Origin: an uncultured candidatus Brocadiaceae bacterium
GTDB taxonomy: Bacteria; Planctomycetota; Brocadiia; SM23-32
Length of the DNA stretch: 64,000 bases
Direction: 5' to 3'
Assembly (NCBI GenBank): GCA_964655775.1
Contig: CAZZNQ010000006.1
Location: forward strand, 14,534-78,533
Positions 54,403-62,729 of this stretch are shown in pieces (within the stretch, counting starts at the first letter, position 1; each line of letters opens with the position of its first letter). Made by a program: the position numbers and the translations under genes. A model generated the notes under the pieces. It saw only the letters and a program-made list of their open reading frames with translations, was not told the origin of the DNA and did not search any database.

Positions 54403-57126
54403 ATGCGCATCGGCGAAGCAGAACAGGTAAACGCAACAAACGTGCCAGCGAGGTTCGAGACGCCCGTGAACACTCAGGACAAAGCACAACGGTTCGGCAA
54501 GTGCCTGGTCGAGCGCGAGATCGGTCGCGGCGCCAGAGCTACCGTCTACCTGGCCTGGCATGAGGGATTCCAGATACCCGTTGCCGTGAAGGTCATCACT
54601 CAGGAGAACGCCCTCGGCGACGACCACTTCGCCGAGAGGTTCATGCGGGAGGCCCGCATCGCCGCCCAACTGAACCACAGCAGCATTGTGCGCGTCTACG
54701 ACTGCGGCGAGAATGAAGCCGGCTACTACCTTGTGATGGAGTACGTGGAGGGTGAAAGCTGCAAGGAGAAGATGGAGCAGTGGGGCGCCTTTGACTGGCA
54801 ACGGGCGCTGCAGATCATTGGACAGGTGGCCGAGGGGCTCCAATACGCCAACAGGAAAGGCATAATCCACCGCGACATCAAGCCCGAGAACATCATGATC
54901 GGCTCGGACGGCGACGCGCGCCTGACCGATCTGGGCCTGGCGAAGCAGGTGGTGCAGGGCCGCGGTTCGGCCACCGCAGACGGCGACGTGCTCGGAACGC
55001 CTTACTACATGAGCCCCGAGCAGGTCCGCCAGCCAAGCAGCGTGGACTTCCGCTCGGACATCTACTCCCTCGGCGCAACCCTCTATCACATGGCCACCGG
55101 GGAGGTGCCGTTCGAGGCGGCCACGCCGTACGAGATAATGACCATGCACCTCAGCGCACCCCTGGTGCCGCCCGAACAGCGCAAGCCCGACCTTCCACCC
55201 GCGCTGTGCCGCCTGATAATCAAGGCGATGGCGAAGGAACCGGAAGACCGCCACCGAGACTACAACGAGCTTCTGGCGAACATCGATGCAGTGCTCGAGG
55301 GAACGGACATCGTCGCCTCGTCCGCCAGGCCGAATGCCACCGACTCCGCAGAGGACATGATGGGACCGGTGGAGGCGAGTATCGAGGACTCGGGGGACTC
55401 GGCAGGGGAAACGGCACGAGCGCCGGCACCCCAGAAGAGCCCGGCCCGCGTCGTTCGTCCGGTGCGCCCGGTGGAACTGCCCATAACGCCACAGAACGTA
55501 ACCACGCGCCTTCTCGGCCTGCTGGCGGTTCTGCTACTCGTCTCAAACTGGGTCTGCATCTACCTGTTCACTGCGGCCGGCGCCGGGGCGTTGGTGGGCC
55601 TGGTCGTCCTGGCACCGGTTGTCGCCGCCTGCATAGGGTGGGGCTGGCACTGCTCGCAGACTCACCGGAAAGCGCCGGCCGACCACGAATCCCTGCTGGT
55701 CGACGAACTGGTGAGCTCTGCCCTGGCTACGTTCTGTGAACGCCTGGACCTTCCCGCGCCGCGCATACGCCTGACCCGTGCGGACCTGGGCCCCTGCTAC
55801 GCCTACAGCATGTTCGCCCGCAAGGCTTCGCTGCACGTGCCCGCCTCCTGGATCCGCAGGGGCCGTCTGACCGACGATGAACGCGAGGCGCTCCTGGCAC
55901 ACGCCCTGTGCGGCGTGTACACTGGCGATTCGGACATCCGGGCCGTACTCGCGGCGCCCACCGGCGTGCTGAGAACCGGTCACCGGGCCGCCTGTCTGCT
56001 GCGCAGGTTCACCGACGGATTCACCCCGTCCGGAGCCCGCAAGGCGTCACTGATGATGGGCGTGCTGACGCTGGTGCTGGCGTGCGGCCTTACCGCGCTG
56101 CTTTACGTGATATCGCTGGGCGCCGGCGTGGTCGGAACCGCCTTCCTGTTGACCATCCTGGCGACCGCCGCCTTCGAGCGCCACAGCCAACTGGCAGGCG
56201 ATGTCTTCGCGACGGCGTTGACCAGCCCTGAAGCGGTTCGCTCCACGGCCATCGCCATGGGACTGAGCCGGCCCGAGAGCTACCGCCTGCTCGCGGACAG
56301 CGTCGACGAAGAGACGGCGGAGAAATGGGGCGGCGCACTGCCTCCCGCCATACAGAGAGAGCGACTGAACGACGACGTAGTCGGCCATTTCAGCGAGGTG
56401 GAATACCTGCCCGAGATGGCCGAGATAGCCTGCAAGCTCTTCGCGACCGTTCCCTTTGCGGCGGACCGCCTTAACCGCCTTGCGGGCATACCCAGCCGCC
56501 CGTCCGCCACGGTTGCGACCGTGAACGCATTGAAAAAGTTCTACATTGGCCTGCTGGGCACGCCCGAGCCGCGCCCCACATGCATGATCGACCTGGCCAA
56601 GACCGCCTCAAGCTCGCTGGTCGGCGCCGCAGGCGGGCTACTGGCCGTCGCGGTCATGTGGCTTCTGGCTTTGGGCGGGGGCGCGCAGTACGCGACGTTC
56701 GTGATCGTATTCAGCCTGGCTGGTCTTGCCATGGGGCTGGTGATCACGCCCCTCACCGGCCAGTTTGGTTCACGGCCGGGGCAGATGGGCTGGAACATGA
56801 TGACCGCCGGAGTGGCCTTCTGCACCGTGGCGATGGTGGCGTTCTGCACGATAGGCGGAACCACGCTTTCGCGGTACGCCATTCAGTGCCCGGTGGCCCT
56901 TATCCTCATGCTGCTGGTGGCCTACGGTGCATCCGCCGTGTTTTACCGACTGGCCCCCGCGCTCGGAATCGAGATGACCGGCAGAAGCGAGGGCCTGGGT
57001 GGTAAGACGGCCCATACCGTGATCATGTCGGTGGCCGAGCATCATTCCGCCACCACGACCGTTGAGGCGCAGACCGGCAAGCCGGAGGAGACGACCGCCG
57101 CCACAGAAGTGGACGCCGAGGTCTGA
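54403..57126 (+). CDS. Ser/Thr protein kinase fused to a polytopic membrane domain with a degenerate peptidase-M48 (HtpX)-like segment
   Basis: The ORF starts at GTG 54271; ATG 54403 is chosen because it lies downstream of the promoter. Hanks kinase motifs are GRGARATVY, VAVKVI, HRDIKPENIM, DLGLA and GTPYYMSPE. After about aa 370 there are at least 8 TM helices. The M48-like layout reads LPAPRIRL...HVPASWIRRGRLTDDEREALLAHALCGVY, where HExxH is replaced by HALCG (55900-55914). Confidence 0.8.
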   Translation: MRIGEAEQVNATNVPARFETPVNTQDKAQRFGKCLVEREIGRGARATVYLAWHEGFQIPVAVKVITQENALGDDHFAERFMREARIAAQLNHSSIVRVYDCGENEAGYYLVMEYVEGESCKEKMEQWGAFDWQRALQIIGQVAEGLQYANRKGIIHRDIKPENIMIGSDGDARLTDLGLAKQVVQGRGSATADGDVLGTPYYMSPEQVRQPSSVDFRSDIYSLGATLYHMATGEVPFEAATPYEIMTMHLSAPLVPPEQRKPDLPPALCRLIIKAMAKEPEDRHRDYNELLANIDAVLEGTDIVASSARPNATDSAEDMMGPVEASIEDSGDSAGETARAPAPQKSPARVVRPVRPVELPITPQNVTTRLLGLLAVLLLVSNWVCIYLFTAAGAGALVGLVVLAPVVAACIGWGWHCSQTHRKAPADHESLLVDELVSSALATFCERLDLPAPRIRLTRADLGPCYAYSMFARKASLHVPASWIRRGRLTDDEREALLAHALCGVYTGDSDIRAVLAAPTGVLRTGHRAACLLRRFTDGFTPSGARKASLMMGVLTLVLACGLTALLYVISLGAGVVGTAFLLTILATAAFERHSQLAGDVFATALTSPEAVRSTAIAMGLSRPESYRLLADSVDEETAEKWGGALPPAIQRERLNDDVVGHFSEVEYLPEMAEIACKLFATVPFAADRLNRLAGIPSRPSATVATVNALKKFYIGLLGTPEPRPTCMIDLAKTASSSLVGAAGGLLAVAVMWLLALGGGAQYATFVIVFSLAGLAMGLVITPLTGQFGSRPGQMGWNMMTAGVAFCTVAMVAFCTIGGTTLSRYAIQCPVALILMLLVAYGASAVFYRLAPALGIEMTGRSEGLGGKTAHTVIMSVAEHHSATTTVEAQTGKPEETTAATEVDAEV

Positions 57127-57147
57127 GCCGAGACATGCCCCACTGCG

Positions 57148-57176
57148 TTGAACGCTCCCGGCCAATCGCATAGAAT
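57148..57176 (+). promoter_or_regulatory. sigma70-type promoter candidate for the RseC-like gene
   Basis: TTGAAC (57148-57153), a 17-nt spacer, then TAGAAT (57171-57176). It lies 50 nt upstream of ATG 57227. Confidence 0.6.
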
Positions 57177-57226
57177 GGAATACGTGGGGGCAACGGTAGA
57201 GCCCGTCGAGGGAGTCTGGCAAACCA

Positions 57227-57655
57227 ATGAAAAAGCGTGAGCACATCGGAACCGTTGTGTCGGTGGAGGGACGCACGGCCCTGGTCCGCCTGAAGGCGGA
57301 TCCGAACTGTGGCTCGAAGTTCTCCTGCTCCTGCTGCTCGGTGAAACCGGAGGCGCAGACACTCAGGGTCCCGGGAACCGGCCTTGAAGAGGGCGACACC
57401 GTGAAGGTGTCCGTGCCGGCCTACGTCGGTTACCTGAGCACGGTGGTAGTGTTCGTCATGCCGCTGGTGCTCGCCATCGTCGGCTTTGCCCTGGGCGCCC
57501 GTTTTGAGGATACGCCCGAGGCGCAGGGAATGCCTACCATCGTGGGCGGCGTTGCGGGTTTCGCACTGGCCGTGGTCATCGCAATGCTGGTGAACCGCGC
57601 CCTGACGAATGCGCGCAGTTGCGAGGTGCAGCAAGTCAAGACCGGGCAGGCATAG
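57227..57655 (+). CDS. RseC/MucC-family (SoxR-reducing system RseC-like) membrane protein
   Basis: 142-aa ORF: HIGTVVSVEGRTALVRLKADPNCGSKFSCSCCS, followed by two TM helices. This is the typical RseC_MucC architecture. Confidence 0.7.
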   Translation: MKKREHIGTVVSVEGRTALVRLKADPNCGSKFSCSCCSVKPEAQTLRVPGTGLEEGDTVKVSVPAYVGYLSTVVVFVMPLVLAIVGFALGARFEDTPEAQGMPTIVGGVAGFALAVVIAMLVNRALTNARSCEVQQVKTGQA

Positions 57656-57683
57656 GCCGCCAGGCACGGCGCCGGCAGGCGCG

Positions 57684-57712
57684 TTGACAGGAGCGTAAAG
57701 GGCTCGTATACT
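57684..57712 (+). promoter_or_regulatory. near-consensus sigma70 promoter
   Basis: TTGACA (57684-57689), exactly 17 nt, then TATACT (57707-57712). The predicted TSS is near 57717-57719. The next plausible start codons are GTG 57880 and ATG 57955. Confidence 0.65.
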
Positions 57713-57879
57713 CCGCATGCGTTCCAGATATGGTGCTCGCCGACAGAAGGGGCTCCGCAATGCCGTAGCTCACTTTACGGGCCTGCGGACCGGCCGACGC
57801 GCGGAACCAAAGCTCACTCGCATGTTTCCACTGAGAGAAAGACGCGGCATACTCCGGGCCGCCTGCAAGGATTCAATCC

Positions 57880-59001
57880 GTGCTATTCCAGGCTAAAGCC
57901 GTCCGCGTGCTCACCAGTTCGCCCACGTTGCAGGTGAACGCGCAACTGGGCGAAATGCCCTCCCCGCTGCTCTGGGGCCTGGCGGTCGCCGCCTTCGGCG
58001 TTCTGCTCATCGTCAGCGTGCTCATCCTTCTGAGACGCCAGCCCGAAGAGAACCTGCCCTGGGACATCGCTCACGGGGCGGGCGAGCAAACGGGCCGGTA
58101 CCTTCAGCACCTGCACCGACTTCTGCGCGCGATCCGAGCCATGAACAGCGTGATTGTCACCGAGCGGGACCGCGACCGGCTGATGGAGAAGGCATGTCGC
58201 ACGCTTACCACCACCCGCGGCTACAAAATGGCCTGGATTGGGCTGGTCCAGGAGGGTAACAAACGCGTCATCCCCGCGATGAGCGCCGGTATGGAGGAAG
58301 GCTACCTGGAGAACGTCAACATCACGTGGGACGACAGCCCGCAGGGACAGGGACCGACCGGCCGCTCGATAAAGACCGGCGAACCGTACATCATGCGCGA
58401 CATCGAGACCGCCCCGGAGTTCCGCCCCTGGCGCGAAGAAGCCCTCCAACGCGGCTACCGGTCCTCCGCCTCGCTGCCGCTCAGGTGCCACGGTCGCGTG
58501 CTCGGCTCGCTGAACGTCTATTCCGAAATGCCGGATGCCTTCGACATCGAGGAGGTCGGCCTGCTCCAGGAAGTGGCCGACCACCTGGCATACGCCCTCG
58601 CCGCAATAGAGAGGGACGAGGAGCTTGCCCTGGCGCGCACCGAGGCCCGCGCAGCCGCGGATGTATGGCGAATCTTCCAGAACTCACCCACCGGTATGAT
58701 GAGCACCGACGCCGCAGGCGACCTCACCACCATAAACCCCGCAATGGTGGCGCTGCTGGACCGTCCCGAGGATGCCGCCCAACTGGTGGGCTCCACCAGA
58801 CTGCTCGATCTGGGGCCGTTCGGCTCCGGCAAGGCGCACTCGCAGGTCGCCCACCTGCTCTCGGAATCGGAACCGGTGTCGTTCGAATGCATGATGAACG
58901 TAAATGGCGCCGAGCGGAAGCTGCGAATCACCGGCTCGCCGATCAATGCCGAGGACGGAGAACTCACAGGAACCGTCTGGTACGCCGAGCAGATCGCCTG
59001 A
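57880..59001 (+). CDS. membrane-anchored GAF-PAS sensory protein without an output domain
   Basis: 373-aa ORF. The start is GTG 57880 (AAGGA 8 nt upstream) or ATG 57955. It has a TM helix (LLWGLAVAAFGVLLIVSVLILL), a GAF domain (YKMAWIGLVQEG...GSLNVYSEMPDAF) and a PAS core (MMSTDAAGDLTTINPA). Confidence 0.75.
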   Translation: MLFQAKAVRVLTSSPTLQVNAQLGEMPSPLLWGLAVAAFGVLLIVSVLILLRRQPEENLPWDIAHGAGEQTGRYLQHLHRLLRAIRAMNSVIVTERDRDRLMEKACRTLTTTRGYKMAWIGLVQEGNKRVIPAMSAGMEEGYLENVNITWDDSPQGQGPTGRSIKTGEPYIMRDIETAPEFRPWREEALQRGYRSSASLPLRCHGRVLGSLNVYSEMPDAFDIEEVGLLQEVADHLAYALAAIERDEELALARTEARAAADVWRIFQNSPTGMMSTDAAGDLTTINPAMVALLDRPEDAAQLVGSTRLLDLGPFGSGKAHSQVAHLLSESEPVSFECMMNVNGAERKLRITGSPINAEDGELTGTVWYAEQIA

Positions 59002-59004
59002 GGC

Positions 59005-59241
59005 TCAGGATCGCCTTCGGGCCAGCACGCCGCCAAGTATCGTGCCCAGCACAAGCCCCACCAGCAGGGCAGCCAGCAGCCACGCGAACAGCGGCAGACT
59101 CGGTTCCCAACCGAGCAGGTTCAGAGGCGTGGTCTCGCGATTGTGGACGACGATGATCAGCACAAGAAGGCCCATTAGCACCCACAGGGCCACCTTCAGG
59201 TGCCTGACGGTCCGCTTCAGTGACGACGTCTTCTCGGCCAT
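59005..59241 (-). CDS. LapA/DUF1049-like small inner-membrane protein
   Basis: 78-aa ORF with two TM helices (LKVALWVLMGLLVLIIVV; LFAWLLAALLVGLVLGTILG) and a basic C-terminus. The architecture is typical of the lipopolysaccharide assembly protein A domain. Confidence 0.55.
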   Translation of the reverse strand: MAEKTSSLKRTVRHLKVALWVLMGLLVLIIVVHNRETTPLNLLGWEPSLPLFAWLLAALLVGLVLGTILGGVLARRRS

Positions 59242-59256
59242 GGCAGTCTCCCTCGC

Positions 59257-60549
59257 TCAGTCACCGGCGTGCGCTTCCGGCCCGCCCTCTTCCGGACCCT
59301 CCAGGTCCAGCATGTGGCCCATCTTCTCCTTCTTGGTGAGAAGATACCGGCGGTTCTCCCGCCGCGGCGGGACCTCCAGTGGCACGCGCTCCACTATCTC
59401 CAACCCGTACCCGCCCAGCGCGTGGAACTTGCGCGGGTTGTTGGACATCAGGCGCATCTTGCGCACGCCCAGGTGCCGCAGTATCTGCGCGCCCACGCCG
59501 TATTCGCGCTTGTCCGGCGGGAAACCCAGGTGCACATTCGCTTCCACGGTGTCCATCCCCTCGTCCTGCAGCACATACGCGTGGAGCTTGTTCTCCAGAC
59601 CGATCCCCCGGCCCTCCTGCCGCATGTAGAGCAACACGCCACGGCCCTCCTCCTGGATCTTATCGAGCGCCATGTCGAGCTGCTCGCCGCAGTCGCAGCG
59701 CACGGATCGGAGGATCTCGCCGGTGAAGCACTCGTCGTGAACGCGCACCAGAATCGGCTCGTCGATCGGCGGGGCGGGCACGTCCTCGTCGGCGCCTATC
59801 TCACCGCAGCAGACGGCGATGTGCTCGCGCTTGTCGACAAAGGACCGGTAGTAGTGCACGCGGAACGGCCCATGCATGGTGGGCAGGTCCACGCAGACGG
59901 TCTTGGAGACCAGGTATTCGGACTGGTGCCGATGGCGGATCAGCGCCTCGATGGTGCAGATGGGAAAGCCGGTGCGCTCCGCCAGTCTCCGCAGATCGGG
60001 CAGCCGCGCCATGGTGCCGTCGTCGTTCATCACCTCGCATACGAGCGAGGCCGGCTTGAGGTCCGCCAGGCGTGCCAGGTCCACGGCCGCCTCCGTGTGA
60101 CCGGCCCGCACCAGCGTGCCACCGGCACGCGCCACCAGGGGCAGGATGTGGCCGGGACGGACGAGATCGTCCGGCTCGGCATCGTCGGCGATCATGGTGC
60201 CGATGGTGCGCGCCCTGTCCCGGGCGCTGACGCCGGTGGTGATGCCCTCGCGCGCGTCCACGGTCACCGTGAACGGAGTGCCGAACGCGCTGCGGTTCTC
60301 GACGACCATCGGCGCCAGGTCCAGCTTCTCGGCCAGCTCCGGCCCCACCGCCACACACAGGAATCCGCGCGCCTCCTTCAGCAGGAAGGCGATCGCCTCC
60401 GACGTGACGCGTTCCGCCGCCAGGCACAGGTCGCCCTCGTTCTCACGGTTCTCGTCATCCACGACAACAACGAACTTGCCGTCCCGGTATGCTTCCAGCA
60501 CGGACGGGATATCGCTGAAGACGCTCTCGGCGTCGGAACTATGGGCCAT
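59257..60549 (-). CDS. ribBA: bifunctional 3,4-dihydroxy-2-butanone-4-phosphate synthase / GTP cyclohydrolase II
   Basis: 430-aa ORF. DHBP synthase blocks are [14 protein letters not shown] and [15 protein letters not shown] cyclohydrolase II blocks are [34 protein letters not shown] and [12 protein letters not shown]. Confidence 0.95.
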   Translation of the reverse strand: MAHSSDAESVFSDIPSVLEAYRDGKFVVVVDDENRENEGDLCLAAERVTSEAIAFLLKEARGFLCVAVGPELAEKLDLAPMVVENRSAFGTPFTVTVDAREGITTGVSARDRARTIGTMIADDAEPDDLVRPGHILPLVARAGGTLVRAGHTEAAVDLARLADLKPASLVCEVMNDDGTMARLPDLRRLAERTGFPICTIEALIRHRHQSEYLVSKTVCVDLPTMHGPFRVHYYRSFVDKREHIAVCCGEIGADEDVPAPPIDEPILVRVHDECFTGEILRSVRCDCGEQLDMALDKIQEEGRGVLLYMRQEGRGIGLENKLHAYVLQDEGMDTVEANVHLGFPPDKREYGVGAQILRHLGVRKMRLMSNNPRKFHALGGYGLEIVERVPLEVPPRRENRRYLLTKKEKMGHMLDLEGPEEGGPEAHAGD

Positions 60550-60606
60550 GGTCTGCGGTCCGAACGATAGAAAGGGGCGGTGAAGACGGATGCGGGCGGA
60601 AACGGG

Positions 60607-61569
60607 CTAAGTGCCCCTCAACCATTCTACGAACTCGGCCATTCCGCGCGCAATCGGGAACTCGGGCGAGTAACCCAGAAGCCGGCGCGCCTTGTCGATG
60701 TCCGCATAGGTGACCGGAACGTCCCCCGGCTGCATCGGCAGGCGGTCGATGCGCGCCTTCCGTCCGAGGGCGTCCTCGATCAGGGCGATCAACTCCCGAA
60801 GCATCACCGGTTCCGAGTTGCCCAGGTTGATGATCTCGAACTCCAGCGGCTCGCCCTTCGGACCCAGCACAGCCATGATACCGTCCACAATATCGCTGCA
60901 GTAGGTGTAGTCTCGGCGGCTGGTGCCGTCGCCGAACACCGGGATCGGCTCGCCGCGCGAGATCAGCCGGGCGAACTTGTGGATGGCCAGATCCGGCCGC
61001 TGCCGGGGGCCGTATACGGTGAAGAAGCGCAGGCAGACGATGGGGATGCCGTAGAGGTGGTGGTAGACGCGACAGAGCATCTCGCCCGCCCTCTTGGTGG
61101 ACGCGTACGGCGAGATGGGCTGCTCAACGGGATCGGCTTCGCTGAACGGCACCTTGCTGTTGACGCCGTAGACGGAGGAACTCGATCCAAACACGAAGCG
61201 CTCCACTGTCCCCACCTTGCGCGCCGCCTCCAGCAGGTTCACCGTTCCTGTGCAGTTCACATCGTAGTAAAGCGCGGGCTCCCGGATCGAGGGCCGCACG
61301 CCGGCGCGCGCCGCCAGATGCACCACCTGCCTCACCGGCCCCTGCGCCAGCGCCTCCTCGCAGACGTCCGCGTCACGTATGTCCCCCTCGATCAGAACCA
61401 GGCGGCCTGTCTCCAGGGCATCGGCGATGTTGGCCCGCTTCACGGCGGGGTCGTAATACGGATCGAAGCTGTCCAGGCAGACGACGCTTTCGTCCGGCCG
61501 GTCGGCCAGCAGACGATCGATCAGGTGGCTGCCGATGAAGCCCGCGCCGCCGGTCACCAGTACGCTCAT
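60607..61569 (-). CDS. NAD-dependent sugar-nucleotide epimerase/dehydratase (UDP-glucuronate 4-epimerase-like SDR)
   Basis: 320-aa ORF with VLVTGGAGFIGSHL, catalytic YASTKRAGE (YxxxK) and FTVYGPRQRPDLA. Confidence 0.85.
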   Translation of the reverse strand: MSVLVTGGAGFIGSHLIDRLLADRPDESVVCLDSFDPYYDPAVKRANIADALETGRLVLIEGDIRDADVCEEALAQGPVRQVVHLAARAGVRPSIREPALYYDVNCTGTVNLLEAARKVGTVERFVFGSSSSVYGVNSKVPFSEADPVEQPISPYASTKRAGEMLCRVYHHLYGIPIVCLRFFTVYGPRQRPDLAIHKFARLISRGEPIPVFGDGTSRRDYTYCSDIVDGIMAVLGPKGEPLEFEIINLGNSEPVMLRELIALIEDALGRKARIDRLPMQPGDVPVTYADIDKARRLLGYSPEFPIARGMAEFVEWLRGT

Positions 61570-61688
61570 GGCGTGCTCCGAGTATGCATTGCAGGAAAGG
61601 GGAAATCACGGTGGATCGGCGGAGGCAAGTCTACGCGCGGAGGGCGCGGAAAGCAAGGCGCAGCGACCGGGCGGGTCTGCAAGCCGGA

Positions 61689-62621
61689 TCAGAGCTGCCG
61701 GGGCGAGTACGAGCTGCGGAAGGACTGAACGCGGAACCGGTTCTCCGACCCGTACGCGACCGACACCAGCACTTCCGCCAGGGCGCCCCTGGCATTGGTG
61801 GGGTAGATCTGCACCGCGTAGTAGTAGCCGGGGTAGCGGGGGTGCTCGCGGGCGATGGTCACCGGCGTGCCCGCCTTGTGCTCAACCGCCGCGTCGTCGT
61901 CCTGCCCGACTCGCCGCATGTCGCTTTCCACCTCAAACTGAGCGGTGGACGCACCTGACGTGACGTTGTTCACTTTCATCCACTCGTCGTCGACGACGAC
62001 GTAGAAATCCGCCCAGCCGTCGGGATCCTCCGTCCAGCGCACGTCGAGTGTGATCGCGGAGGTGGGCTCGCCGGTGTTCCGGTCCGCGGGCACCAGGTCC
62101 TGTGCAATGTCGGCGTCCAGCACGAAGTCCCAGGTCAGGGGCTGCAGCACGCGCGCCCCGTCGCTGTGAGAAGGAGCGGGCGAGGGTACCGGCCAATTCG
62201 CGGGAATGCTGACGCCCATGAACTGTGGAGTGACAGGCGATACGCGACCATACCAGTACCACTGCCCTCCCACCAGCAGCGGCCCTCGGTCGTCGAAGTC
62301 GGCCGCAACGGCCCCCGGACCCGGCTCCACGTCATCCACCTGCATACTGGGGTCACCAGCGTTATAAGGCCCGTCCAGCCGCGTCTTCGCGAAGACCTCA
62401 CGCATGCGCTGGGCGTTCAGCTCGGCCAGGAGTTCGGCTGCGATGTAGGAGGCGGTGCGGCGGTTGACGGCCTCGCTGTGCAGAACGCCGGCGGCGACGA
62501 ACAGGCCCATGATGCCCAGCGAGCCCACCAGGAAGATGGCCAGCGCCAGGATGACCTCCACCAGCGTGAGGCCGGAACGCCCGCGGAGCCGCATGTCGAG
62601 GATTTTCCGCTGTCGGTTCAT
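61689..62621 (-). CDS. prepilin-type N-terminal cleavage/methylation domain protein (type II secretion / type IV pilus pseudopilin-like)
   Basis: 310-aa ORF with RBS AGGAG. The leader plus processing motif is MRLRGRSG|LTLVEVILALAIFLVGSLGIMGLF (G-x-T-L-V-E followed by a hydrophobic helix). Confidence 0.75.
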   Translation of the reverse strand: MNRQRKILDMRLRGRSGLTLVEVILALAIFLVGSLGIMGLFVAAGVLHSEAVNRRTASYIAAELLAELNAQRMREVFAKTRLDGPYNAGDPSMQVDDVEPGPGAVAADFDDRGPLLVGGQWYWYGRVSPVTPQFMGVSIPANWPVPSPAPSHSDGARVLQPLTWDFVLDADIAQDLVPADRNTGEPTSAITLDVRWTEDPDGWADFYVVVDDEWMKVNNVTSGASTAQFEVESDMRRVGQDDDAAVEHKAGTPVTIAREHPRYPGYYYAVQIYPTNARGALAEVLVSVAYGSENRFRVQSFRSSYSPRQL

Positions 62622-62729
62622 CTCTTTCTCCTGTATGTCGGCGCCAAACGCCGTCCGTTACCGCCTGTATCCGGGGGCTACCGGGGCCCGCGCACCCGCC
62701 CTCTCCTCCCACCTAAGGGCGGAGTCGCC

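Noticed and set aside
57829-57838. CTGAGAG in the 57.7-57.9 kb leader resembles the thi-box (TPP riboswitch) CUGAGA core.
   Set aside because: The other conserved TPP elements (GGGGUGC immediately upstream, ACCUGAUCUGGAUAAUGCCAGCG downstream) are absent or in the wrong order. The downstream gene is not thiamine-related.
57866-57890. A tRNA/tmRNA-like T-arm (CAAGG-ATTCAAT-CCGTG followed by CTATTCCA).
   Set aside because: The T-stem has a mismatch. No complementary 5' acceptor strand (GGAATAG) occurs at the expected distance upstream. No D-arm or anticodon arm could be drawn. No other tRNA-like sequence was seen in the window.
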